Shown piece after piece: positions 7,175 through 15,563 of a DNA stretch of 41,550 nucleotides. The stretch covers positions 1 through 41,550 of the IMG/VR virus record IMGVR_UViG_3300037991_000803, one strand, 5' to 3'. How positions within the stretch are numbered: position 1 is the stretch's first letter; the number at the start of each line of letters is the position of its first letter. This stretch comes from a virus (Duplodnaviria; Caudoviricetes). A program made the translations under genes and the position numbers. The notes below the pieces were generated by a model. The model was given only the letters and a program-made list of their open reading frames with translations, was not told where the DNA came from and did no database searches.

Positions 7175-8913
7175 AAAAAACAATATTCATACTACTTATA
7201 TTACTAGGCATACCTTTATTAACGCAGGTTATACCTTTACAAATCTTAAAACTTAAAACTTTTGATGCTTTGGTAGAAGAAAAACCTGAAAGTGGTAATT
7301 TTGTTATTTTGAATATTACCGAAGAAGATCTTGAACGCGAAGGTGGTTGGCCCTTACCAAGACAACGATTAGCTCAAATACATATAGATTTAATAAACCA
7401 GGGCGCTTTAGGTGTTGGTTGGGTTATAGGTTTTCCACAGCCAGATAGAATGGGTGGAGACCAAATGTTTGCTGAGGCATTGCAATACGGTGGTGTTTTA
7501 GCTATGTTTGAAAACGATAACGGTATTTATCCGCAAACATCAGGCACTGTCATATTGGGAGATGATATTGGCGGCATGATGTCAAATGGAGTGATTGCTA
7601 ATCTTGATATACTTTCTATGTCTGCGGATCAAGGTATAGCAGTCGCTCCTACCGACGTTGATATGTTGGTGCGTAAAATACCCATGTTACTTAGAACACC
7701 TAATGGCTTTGTATCTGCGTTTGGAACCGAAGTTTTAAAATCTTTAGCAGGTAATGACACATACATAATAAAAACTAATCCTGCTGGTATAGAAGAAATT
7801 ACTGTACAAGGTTTACCTCCTGTTCCTACAGATAGTCTTGGCCGTGTATGGATAAGTTGGGTAAACACACCACAGACCACGTTAGAAGAAATGAATGTTG
7901 CAGGCAAATTTGTGTTTGTAGGAGTTACAGCAAAAGGAGTAATGCCACAAATTTCTACTCCCGTGGGATTGCTTGAGCCACATAAAATACAAGCAGCTTT
8001 AGCTGAATCTATTTTGATTCCTGACTCACCTTATGTGCCTGATTGGAGTTTAGCAGCTGAAATTTTAATTTTTACGATTTTTGTCACTCTGACAGGTCTT
8101 GTGCTTGCATATTTAGGTATAACGCAAGGATTGGTATTAGGAACAGCTTTAATGGCTTCTAACGCCTCTCTAGGCGTTTATATGATTAAATCGGGTGTTT
8201 TAGTAGATGTTACCTGGACATTGCTCTCCCAATTCGTTACAGGAGCAGTTATTTTCTATTTACGCTTTAGAGAACAATGGAAATTACGCCAACAAATCAA
8301 AAAACAGTTTGAACATTATTTAGATCCTAGACAAGTTAAAAGATTACAAGATAATCCTGAACTTCTAAAACTAGGTGGTGAGAAGAGGTATTGCACTTAT
8401 TTGTTCACTGATGTCAGAGGTTTTACTGCTTTATCAGAAGTATTACCACCTAAAGAAGTCACTAAGATTATGAATGATGCTCTAACAATACAAGCTAACG
8501 CTGTGCAAAAATATGGCGGTATGGTAGATAAATATATTGGTGATGCAATGATGGCAATATTTAATGCACCGTTAAATCAAGAAAACCATGAAGAATTAGC
8601 TATAAAAACAGCTCTTCAAATAAGACACGACATGAAAGAAGCAAAGTTAGGTATTGAAATTGGTATAGGTTTAAATTCTGGAGAATCTGTTGTAGGTAAT
8701 ATGGGCAGCGCTTCACGCTTCGATTATACTGCTATAGGTGATGCTGTAAATACCGCAGCAAGATTAGAAAGCGCAACTAAAGAAGTGGGAGTAGATATTT
8801 TAATTGGTGAAAATACTGCAAAAAATTGTAAATTTGTGCTAAAGTCACTACAAGCTATAAAGGTAAAAGGTAAAAAAGCACCTTTAAAGATATGGACAAT
8901 AAACGATGAGTAA
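7171..8913 (+). CDS. CHASE2-domain membrane class III adenylate cyclase
   Basis: N-terminal TM, CHASE2 (GGWPLPRQRLA...FPQPDR..GD), 3 TM helices, cyclase core FTDVRGFT, DKYIGDA, GIGLNSG, YTAIGDAVNTAARLES; Lys/Thr specificity residues indicate ATP. Confidence 0.93.
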   Translation: MKKTIFILLILLGIPLLTQVIPLQILKLKTFDALVEEKPESGNFVILNITEEDLEREGGWPLPRQRLAQIHIDLINQGALGVGWVIGFPQPDRMGGDQMFAEALQYGGVLAMFENDNGIYPQTSGTVILGDDIGGMMSNGVIANLDILSMSADQGIAVAPTDVDMLVRKIPMLLRTPNGFVSAFGTEVLKSLAGNDTYIIKTNPAGIEEITVQGLPPVPTDSLGRVWISWVNTPQTTLEEMNVAGKFVFVGVTAKGVMPQISTPVGLLEPHKIQAALAESILIPDSPYVPDWSLAAEILIFTIFVTLTGLVLAYLGITQGLVLGTALMASNASLGVYMIKSGVLVDVTWTLLSQFVTGAVIFYLRFREQWKLRQQIKKQFEHYLDPRQVKRLQDNPELLKLGGEKRYCTYLFTDVRGFTALSEVLPPKEVTKIMNDALTIQANAVQKYGGMVDKYIGDAMMAIFNAPLNQENHEELAIKTALQIRHDMKEAKLGIEIGIGLNSGESVVGNMGSASRFDYTAIGDAVNTAARLESATKEVGVDILIGENTAKNCKFVLKSLQAIKVKGKKAPLKIWTINDE

Positions 8914-9301
8914 GGTTTTGATAGGTATAATAACGGTTTTATTAACGATTTCTGGCTTTTTATATTATCAAAACAAAAGTTTAGCTTCTTTAAATAAAGC
9001 ATTTGAGTTAAGAGATATTGAACAAAAAGAAACTATAGAATCTTTGCAAAATGATTTTGCTTTACAAACAGAAGGCTTACTAACACTACAATCAAGAAAT
9101 CAAGAAATAGAAGCTGAAATGAATAGATACCTTGATATATTTAAGCGCCATAATTTATCTAAATTAGCTGCTGCCAAACCTGGCTTAATTGAACCAAAAG
9201 TAAATAATGCTACTAAGGAGGTTTTTGATGGCATTGAAGAAGACAGTCGCAATATTGACAGCCTTGATGATGGCTTGCAGTTGCAGTCTACTCCCGAATA
9301 A
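8906..9301 (+). CDS. Inner-membrane spanin (Rz-like)
   Basis: N-terminal TM plus coiled coil, AKPGLIE motif, overlapped by a lipoprotein gene. Confidence 0.75.
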   Translation: MSKVLIGIITVLLTISGFLYYQNKSLASLNKAFELRDIEQKETIESLQNDFALQTEGLLTLQSRNQEIEAEMNRYLDIFKRHNLSKLAAAKPGLIEPKVNNATKEVFDGIEEDSRNIDSLDDGLQLQSTPE

Positions 9302-9596
9302 AGAAGTAGAAATAATTACCAAACCTATAGAAAGGAAGATCGTGCAACCGATTATGCCTAGAGAAATAGATTTAAAAGAACCTTATTGGTATGTAGTTTC
9401 AAACAAAAATTTAGATGAATTTTTAGCAAGAGTTGAAAAAGACCAAGGTCAAGTAGTATTTTTTGCTATGTCAGTGCCAGATTACGAGTTGATGGCATAT
9501 AACATGCAAGAACTAAAAAGATACATAAATGAACTTAAAGAAGTAGTTGTGTATTATAGAAAAGTGACAACAAATAACGGAGAAAAAAATGAGTGA
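9228..9596 (+). CDS. Outer-membrane spanin lipoprotein (Rz1-like)
   Basis: AAGGAGG SD at 9215-9221, signal peptide with lipobox (MMACSC), Pro-rich segment, starts inside the i-spanin 3' end. Confidence 0.75.
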   Translation: MALKKTVAILTALMMACSCSLLPNKEVEIITKPIERKIVQPIMPREIDLKEPYWYVVSNKNLDEFLARVEKDQGQVVFFAMSVPDYELMAYNMQELKRYINELKEVVVYYRKVTTNNGEKNE

Positions 9597-9969
9597 TTCA
9601 CCAGATGCGTTTGTTTATAACGCAACGTTAGAAAGAATAGTCGATGGCGATACCTTCGATTGCAGTTTAGACCTTGGCTTTGATGTCAAGCTACATAAAC
9701 AAAGAGTTAGATTAGCTGGTATTGATACGCCAGAATCCAGAACAAGAGATAAAGCAGAAAAAGTTTTAGGATTAGCTGCCAAAGAACGTTTAAAAGAATT
9801 ATGTGTTGGCAAAATTAAAGTAAAATCTCTTGGTAAAGGTAAATATGGCAGAATACTTGGAATCCCTTATACAGAAGATGGTAAAGATATTTGCCAAATG
9901 CTTATTAAGGAAGGCCACGCTGTCGAATACCATGGTGGCACAAAAACAAAAGTCTGGGGGGACTATTAA
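9589..9969 (+). CDS. Thermonuclease (SNase-like)
   Basis: RIVDGDT, RVRLAGIDTPE, GKYGRILG, LIKEGHA. Confidence 0.9.
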   Translation: MSDSPDAFVYNATLERIVDGDTFDCSLDLGFDVKLHKQRVRLAGIDTPESRTRDKAEKVLGLAAKERLKELCVGKIKVKSLGKGKYGRILGIPYTEDGKDICQMLIKEGHAVEYHGGTKTKVWGDY

Positions 9970-9970
9970 A

Positions 9971-10417
9971 ATGCAAATATCAGAAGAAGGAAAATCATTA
10001 ATAAAAAAATTTGAAGGCTGTAAATTAGACGCCTATCTTTGTAGCGCAAATGTTTGGACTTGTGGTTGGGGAGCCACTAGAGGTGTAAAAGAAGGAGATT
10101 CTTGGTCACAGTCATACGCAGACGAAAGGTTTGATGGTGATATAGTTGAGTTTGAAGATTATGTTAAAAGCTATGTTGAAGTGCCACTAGAACAACATCA
10201 GTTCGATGCTTTAGTAGCTTGGGTTTACAATTTAGGCCCTAACAACCTAAAAGAGTCTACTATGCTAAAAGTTTTAAATGAAGGTAAATATGAATTAGTG
10301 CCATCGGAAATGAAAAGATGGAATAAAGCTGGTGGAGAAGTTTTAGAAGGACTAGAACGAAGAAGGCTTGCTGAATCAATGTTGTTTCAAGGTAATGGCG
10401 ATTGGCACACAGTTTAG
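9971..10417 (+). CDS. Endolysin, GH24 lysozyme
   Basis: LIKKFEGC..AY.C...WTCGWG, QFDALV...YNLG, RWNKAGGEVLEGLERRRLAE; start placed at the ATG after the GGGGGA SD. Confidence 0.92.
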   Translation: MQISEEGKSLIKKFEGCKLDAYLCSANVWTCGWGATRGVKEGDSWSQSYADERFDGDIVEFEDYVKSYVEVPLEQHQFDALVAWVYNLGPNNLKESTMLKVLNEGKYELVPSEMKRWNKAGGEVLEGLERRRLAESMLFQGNGDWHTV

Positions 10418-10424
10418 ATATACT

Positions 10425-10487
10425 AACTCTAGGCGCTTTGCGTTTAGGGTTGGGCAGTTACTACGTCACTACCTAGCTGTTCAATCC
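10425..10487 (+). ncRNA. Candidate two-hairpin RNA (sRNA or terL leader)
   Basis: TATACT at 10419-10424; stem 10425-36/10440-51 and stem 10447-60/10474-87, both with several G-U pairs; 13-nt loop at 10461-10473. Confidence 0.55.
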
Positions 10488-10498
10488 GTTTCATAGCT

Positions 10499-11983
10499 AT
10501 GGAAAACGTTTCCTATAAAGATTTTGATATTTTATCTGAGCAAGATAAAGCAGAAGCCGTTGCTTTAATAAACCGTTATGACCAACTAGAAAAACAAAGT
10601 TCCTGTCAAAGTGATTTTATGAATTTTATAAAACACATGTGGCCAGACTTTATAGAAGGGCGACACCATAAAATTATTGCAGACAAATTTAACAAAATAG
10701 CAGACGGTAAACTGAAAAGACTTATAGTTTGTTTACCACCAAGACACTCAAAATCAGAATTTGCATCAACTTTTTTTCCTGCATGGATGATGGGCAGAAG
10801 AGGAGATTTAAAAATAATACAAACTACACATACAGCTGAACTTGCAGTTAGGTTTGGTAGAAAAGTAAGAAATTTAATAGACAGTGAAAATTATCAACAT
10901 GTGTTCCCAGATTTACAATTACAAGCTGACAATAAATCAGCTGGACGTTGGACAAGCAATCAAGAAGGTGAGTTCTTTGCAGCTGGTGTCGGTGGTGCAA
11001 TTACAGGTCGTGGTGCTGATTTACTAATTATAGATGATCCGCACTCAGAGCAAGATGCTTTATCTCCTAAATCTTTAGAATCAGCTTATGAGTGGTACAC
11101 ATCTGGACCAAGACAGCGTTTACAGCCAGGAGGCATAATTGTGATAGTAATGACGCGATGGAGCACTAAAGATTTGGTTGGCAAAGTCTTAAAACAACAA
11201 AGCGAAGATAATGCAGACAAATGGGAAGTTGTAGAGTTTCCAGCAATAATGCCTAAATCAGATACTCCACTTTGGCCTGAATTTTGGAAAAAAGAAGAGT
11301 TATTAGGTGTAAAAGCATCATTACCAGTATCTAAATGGAATAGCCAATGGATGCAAAACCCTACAGCAGAAGAAGGATCTATAGTGAAAAGAGAATGGTG
11401 GCAAAGGTGGGAAAATCCAGATGTGCCAAATTATTCTTATGTTATACAAAGTTATGATACTGCTTTTTCTAAAAAAGAAACGGCAGACTATTCAGCTATA
11501 ACAACTTGGGCAATATTTAACAGAGGTGATGAAAGGTCAGATGAAATAATACTTTTAGATGCTAAAAGAGTAAGATGCGATTTTCCTGAATTAAAGAAAA
11601 TGGCTTTAGAAGAGTATAGATATTGGGATCCAGATTGTGTTTTAATAGAAGCTAAAGCATCTGGAACGCCACTTACACATGAATTAAGACGTATGGGCAT
11701 ACCTGTTACATCTTATACACCAAGTAGAGGACAAGACAAAATAGCAAGAATGAACAGCGTAGCACCGATATTTGAATCAGGTATGGTTTGGGCTCCAGAA
11801 CATGATTTTGCAGATGAAGTTATAGAAGAAATGGCATCCTTCCCTTTTGGCGATTATGATGACTATTGCGATAGTGCTACAATGGCTTTAATGAGATTTA
11901 GGCAAGGCGGCTTTGTCTCACTAAATGAAGACTACCAAGATGAGGTAAAATTATTAAAGAAGAACAGGACGATATATTATTAA
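10499..11983 (+). CDS. terL: Terminase large subunit
   Basis: Walker A LPPRHSKSE, ITGRGADLLIIDDP Walker B, VMTRW, nuclease SYDTA...DYSA...IEAKASG...DDYCD. Confidence 0.95.
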   Translation: MENVSYKDFDILSEQDKAEAVALINRYDQLEKQSSCQSDFMNFIKHMWPDFIEGRHHKIIADKFNKIADGKLKRLIVCLPPRHSKSEFASTFFPAWMMGRRGDLKIIQTTHTAELAVRFGRKVRNLIDSENYQHVFPDLQLQADNKSAGRWTSNQEGEFFAAGVGGAITGRGADLLIIDDPHSEQDALSPKSLESAYEWYTSGPRQRLQPGGIIVIVMTRWSTKDLVGKVLKQQSEDNADKWEVVEFPAIMPKSDTPLWPEFWKKEELLGVKASLPVSKWNSQWMQNPTAEEGSIVKREWWQRWENPDVPNYSYVIQSYDTAFSKKETADYSAITTWAIFNRGDERSDEIILLDAKRVRCDFPELKKMALEEYRYWDPDCVLIEAKASGTPLTHELRRMGIPVTSYTPSRGQDKIARMNSVAPIFESGMVWAPEHDFADEVIEEMASFPFGDYDDYCDSATMALMRFRQGGFVSLNEDYQDEVKLLKKNRTIYY

Positions 11984-12159
11984 AAACTTTTGTGACAAGG
12001 TTTGTGTTTGATGGTGAACATTATGAAGGGCCAGACATACACGCAAGAAATTTTGAAACGGCACAATTAATTGCTGAATCACAAGGTTTAATTATAGATG
12101 GAGAAGCAAAAGATTTAACTGACTGTGATTTAGAATCTGAGTCAAGAGTGATACACTAG
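11974..12159 (+). CDS. Small hypothetical protein without ATG start (absent from ORF track)
   Basis: Frame open 11944-12159: LLKTFVTRFVFDGEHYEGPDIHARNFETAQLIAESQGLIIDGE...RVIH; fills the terL-portal gap; start is ATA 11974 or GTG 11992. Confidence 0.55.
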   Translation: MLLKTFVTRFVFDGEHYEGPDIHARNFETAQLIAESQGLIIDGEAKDLTDCDLESESRVIH

Positions 12160-12165
12160 GTAATT

Positions 12166-14655
12166 ATGGCAATAGATAAACAATTAGGCACAGAAATGGA
12201 TCCTAATGTAAGAGAAACAGGACGCTCTATAACAGTGCCCTTAGAACCGTCAAGAGGAGAACAAATACGAGCAGCAGCCGAAGTTTTAGTCAATGAAGAA
12301 AATCTTTTAATAGATGATGAAATAATACAACCAGAACAACCACAAATGAGTTTTGATGCTAACTTGGTCGATTTTATCGACGACAGTGTATTGCAAAAAA
12401 TATCAAATGATCTTTTAAGTTCAATTAAGAGCGATAAACAATCAAGGTCTGAATGGGAAAAAACTTACACTGATGGCCTAGAGTATCTAGGCATGAAGTT
12501 TGATGAATCAAGGTCGCAACCATTTGAAGGATCTTCTGGCGTGGTACATCCAATCTTGGCAGAAGCTGTTACTCAGTTTCAAGCCCAGGCTTATAAAGAA
12601 ATGCTACCAGCAAAAGGACCAGTAAAAACAGAAATTATTGGCGCAAGAACTATAGAAACTGAAAATCAAGCAGAAAGAGTCCAAGAGTTTATGAATTATT
12701 ACATTATGAATGTAATGGAAGAATATGATCCTGAACTAGACCAAATGTTGTTTTACTTACCATTAGCGGGTTCAGCTTTCAAAAAAGTTTATTTTGATTA
12801 TGTCTTAAATAGAGCTGTGTCAAAATTTGTACCTCCAGAAGACCTTATAGTTCCTTATGAAGCAGCAGATTTAAGTTCTGCCGAAAGAGTAACTCATGCT
12901 ATAAACATGTCACTAAATGAAATTAAAAAACAACAATTATCTGGCTTTTACGCTGATGTAGATGTTGGCTCAGAGTCTTATTCTGATGATATTGATGATG
13001 TACAAGAGGCTATAGATGAAATACAAGGCGTATCTCCAAGCTATAAAGAAAACAGAAGCAGAACAGTATATGAAATACATACAGTATTAGATATTGAAGG
13101 TTTTGAAGACATGGATGTTAATGGCGCAGCTACAGGACTTAAATTACCTTATATCATAACAATTGAAGAGGATTCAGGAAAAATTTTATCAATAAGAAGA
13201 AATTATTTAGAAAATGATCCACTTAAAAACAAAATAAATTACTTTGTACAATACAAATTTTTACCTGGCTTAGGTTTTTATGGCTTAGGTCTATCGCACA
13301 TGATTGGTGGCCTATCAAAAGCCTCTACTTCTATACTTAGACAGCTTATTGATGCAGGAACATTGGCGAATTTACCAGCAGGATTTAAAGCTAGAGGTAT
13401 GCGAATAAGAGACGAAGATGATCCGTTGCAACCAGGCGAGTTTAGAGATATAGACACTACAGGTGGCTCCTTGCGCGAAAACTTAATCCCATTACCAATC
13501 AAGGAGCCTAGTAGTGTTTTAATGCAACTACTTGGTTTATTAGTAGATTCAGGTAAAAGATTTGCTGCTATAGCTGATATGAATGTTGGAGATATGAACC
13601 AAGCTATGCCTGTAGGAACTACAGTTGCTTTATTAGAGCGTGGCACTAAAGTTATGTCAGCAATACATAAAAGACTGCATTATGGACAAAGAGTTGAATT
13701 TGGCTTGTTGGCAAAATTATTTTCAGAATATTTGCCGCCTGTATATAATTATCAAGTTGGATCTGGCCCTGGAGAAATTAAACAACAAGACTTCGATGAC
13801 CGTGTAGACATCATACCTGTCTCTGATCCTAATATTTTTTCACAAAGTCAAAGAGTTACCTTAGCACAAGAATTACTAACCATGGTGCAATCAAATCCAG
13901 AAATACATGGACCTATGGGGATGTATGAAGCCTATAAAAGAATGTATGCTGCATTAGGTGTAGATAATGTGGAATCAATAATACAACCACCACCAGACAA
14001 TACTCCACAACCTATAGATGCTGGTTCAGAAAATGCTGGGTTATTGTTGGGACAACCTGCACAGGCTTTTCCTGAACAAAATCATCAAGCTCACTTAGAA
14101 ACACACAAAAGTTTGTTTTTAACAGATGTAGTAAAACAAAACCCACAAATACAAGCGGTTATTATTAGTCACTGTATGCAACACTTACAATTTTTAGCAA
14201 GTCAAATATCGCAAGAACAAATACCACCAGAGGTACAACAAAAAATACAAGAAATACAAGGTCAAATGCAACAAGTATCACCAGAAGAAGCACAACAAAT
14301 ACAACAACAAATACAAATGATATTAGAACAGTTTAGTGCTCCTGTTATGGCTCAACTAACGGCTGAGTTCTTACAATCAGTAGGAATGGGTGGCGAACAA
14401 GATCCATTGGTTGAGATAAGAAAAGCAGAATTAGAATTAAAAGATAAAGAATTAAATCAAGAAGCAGCTATGTTTACAGCTAAACAAGAACAAAGAGCAC
14501 AAGAAAAAGTATTAGATTCACAAATACAAGAAAAACGTATGAATGTACAAAAAGGTATAGCTGATGATAAACTAGATGTAGCAATTGAAAGATTAAAACA
14601 ACAAGCAGATCTTAAATTGTTTGAATTAGAAAATAAAATTAAGGGGTTATTATGA
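12166..14655 (+). CDS. Portal protein
   Basis: 829 aa after terL; HPILAEAVTQFQAQA, LPLAGSAFKKVY, GFYGLGL; Gln-rich helical C-terminal extension. Confidence 0.9.
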   Translation: MAIDKQLGTEMDPNVRETGRSITVPLEPSRGEQIRAAAEVLVNEENLLIDDEIIQPEQPQMSFDANLVDFIDDSVLQKISNDLLSSIKSDKQSRSEWEKTYTDGLEYLGMKFDESRSQPFEGSSGVVHPILAEAVTQFQAQAYKEMLPAKGPVKTEIIGARTIETENQAERVQEFMNYYIMNVMEEYDPELDQMLFYLPLAGSAFKKVYFDYVLNRAVSKFVPPEDLIVPYEAADLSSAERVTHAINMSLNEIKKQQLSGFYADVDVGSESYSDDIDDVQEAIDEIQGVSPSYKENRSRTVYEIHTVLDIEGFEDMDVNGAATGLKLPYIITIEEDSGKILSIRRNYLENDPLKNKINYFVQYKFLPGLGFYGLGLSHMIGGLSKASTSILRQLIDAGTLANLPAGFKARGMRIRDEDDPLQPGEFRDIDTTGGSLRENLIPLPIKEPSSVLMQLLGLLVDSGKRFAAIADMNVGDMNQAMPVGTTVALLERGTKVMSAIHKRLHYGQRVEFGLLAKLFSEYLPPVYNYQVGSGPGEIKQQDFDDRVDIIPVSDPNIFSQSQRVTLAQELLTMVQSNPEIHGPMGMYEAYKRMYAALGVDNVESIIQPPPDNTPQPIDAGSENAGLLLGQPAQAFPEQNHQAHLETHKSLFLTDVVKQNPQIQAVIISHCMQHLQFLASQISQEQIPPEVQQKIQEIQGQMQQVSPEEAQQIQQQIQMILEQFSAPVMAQLTAEFLQSVGMGGEQDPLVEIRKAELELKDKELNQEAAMFTAKQEQRAQEKVLDSQIQEKRMNVQKGIADDKLDVAIERLKQQADLKLFELENKIKGLL

Positions 14656-14936
14656 CAACATCATATAAAGTAGCAGCAGTAAAAGAGCTGAGAGCACAAA
14701 AAAAACTAGAGAGAGCTAAAGAAGAAATGGAGCTTAAGGCAGAAAGAGAGGCCGAAGACAAAAAACATCAAGCTAATCTTAAAAGAATAGAAAAAAAATT
14801 AGCAAGAATTGCAAAAGGCGAGCCTGTTGAAGAAAAAGTTGTATCTAAACCAAAAGTTGTTAAGAAAGCTGTTTCTAAGCCAAAAGCAGTTAAAAAAGTT
14901 GTTGCAAAAAAAAGAGGCAGACCTAAAAAATCTTAA
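14652..14936 (+). CDS. Lys-rich protein with C-terminal AT-hook
   Basis: Coiled coil, SKPK-x-VKK repeats, ends KKRGRPKKS. Confidence 0.7.
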   Translation: MTTSYKVAAVKELRAQKKLERAKEEMELKAEREAEDKKHQANLKRIEKKLARIAKGEPVEEKVVSKPKVVKKAVSKPKAVKKVVAKKRGRPKKS

Positions 14937-14939
14937 TTA

Positions 14940-15122
14940 ATGGACGAAATACAAGTATTAGATAAGCTAAAAAAAGCTATCGAAAAAAGAGAAGACCAAA
15001 TATCAGAAACTTTAATGTCTGGTGGGCTAAAAGATATAGAACATTATAAATATTTGCAAGGAGAGCTTTCTGCTTTATACTATATTGCAAACGAAATAGG
15101 CGATTTATTTAAAAACGATTAA
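14940..15122 (+). CDS. Small hypothetical protein of the head module
   Basis: 60 aa helical ORF in frame tiling. Confidence 0.7.
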   Translation: MDEIQVLDKLKKAIEKREDQISETLMSGGLKDIEHYKYLQGELSALYYIANEIGDLFKND

Positions 15123-15125
15123 ATC

Positions 15126-15563
15126 ATGGAAACACAAAACTCACAAATAGAACCAAAAAAAATAGCAGATGCTTATATAGATCCTGCTAATAGAGTTTTA
15201 GATCCAGAACAACTTGATGCGTCAATATTAGAAAGGATGCCACAACCAACAGGATGGCGCATGTTGGTTTTACCTTATTCTGGTAAAAAAACTAGCAAAG
15301 GTGGCGTCATACTTACAAAAGAAACAGTAGAACGTGAGACACTAGCAACAGTTGTAGCTTATGTAGTCAAAATGGGACCACAGTGCTATAACGATAAAGC
15401 TAGATTTGGAGATAAACCTTGGTGTGAAGAAAAACAATGGGTTTTAATAGGGCGCTACTCTGGCTCTAGGTTTAAACTTGAGGACGGTGCAGAGGTAAGA
15501 ATCATCAATGATGATGAAGTTATAGCCACAATCCTTAATCCAGATGATATAGTGAGCTTATGA
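15126..15563 (+). CDS. GroES/Cpn10-like co-chaperonin
   Basis: PTGWRMLV, KTSKGGVIL, VVKMGP, RYSGSRFK, VRIINDDEVIA. Confidence 0.85.
   Translation: METQNSQIEPKKIADAYIDPANRVLDPEQLDASILERMPQPTGWRMLVLPYSGKKTSKGGVILTKETVERETLATVVAYVVKMGPQCYNDKARFGDKPWCEEKQWVLIGRYSGSRFKLEDGAEVRIINDDEVIATILNPDDIVSL

Noticed and set aside
7171-8913. Cyclase as Pycsar/CBASS-type defence enzyme or guanylate cyclase
   Set aside because: Membrane CHASE2 architecture, Lys/Thr ATP-specifying residues, and no adjacent cNMP-binding effector
4220-8913. Host chromosomal DNA joined by misassembly
   Set aside because: Both ends overlap phage genes by coupled stop/start codons with no visible break; read mapping would still be the decisive test
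9830-9970. N-terminal extension of the lysozyme (possible SAR or signal)
   Set aside because: Overlaps the thermonuclease and is not hydrophobic; ATG 9971 has an SD and a typical GH24 start
10499-11983. Intein or intron in terL; stop-codon reassignment
   Set aside because: TerL length is ordinary with contiguous motifs, and genes tile fully under the standard code
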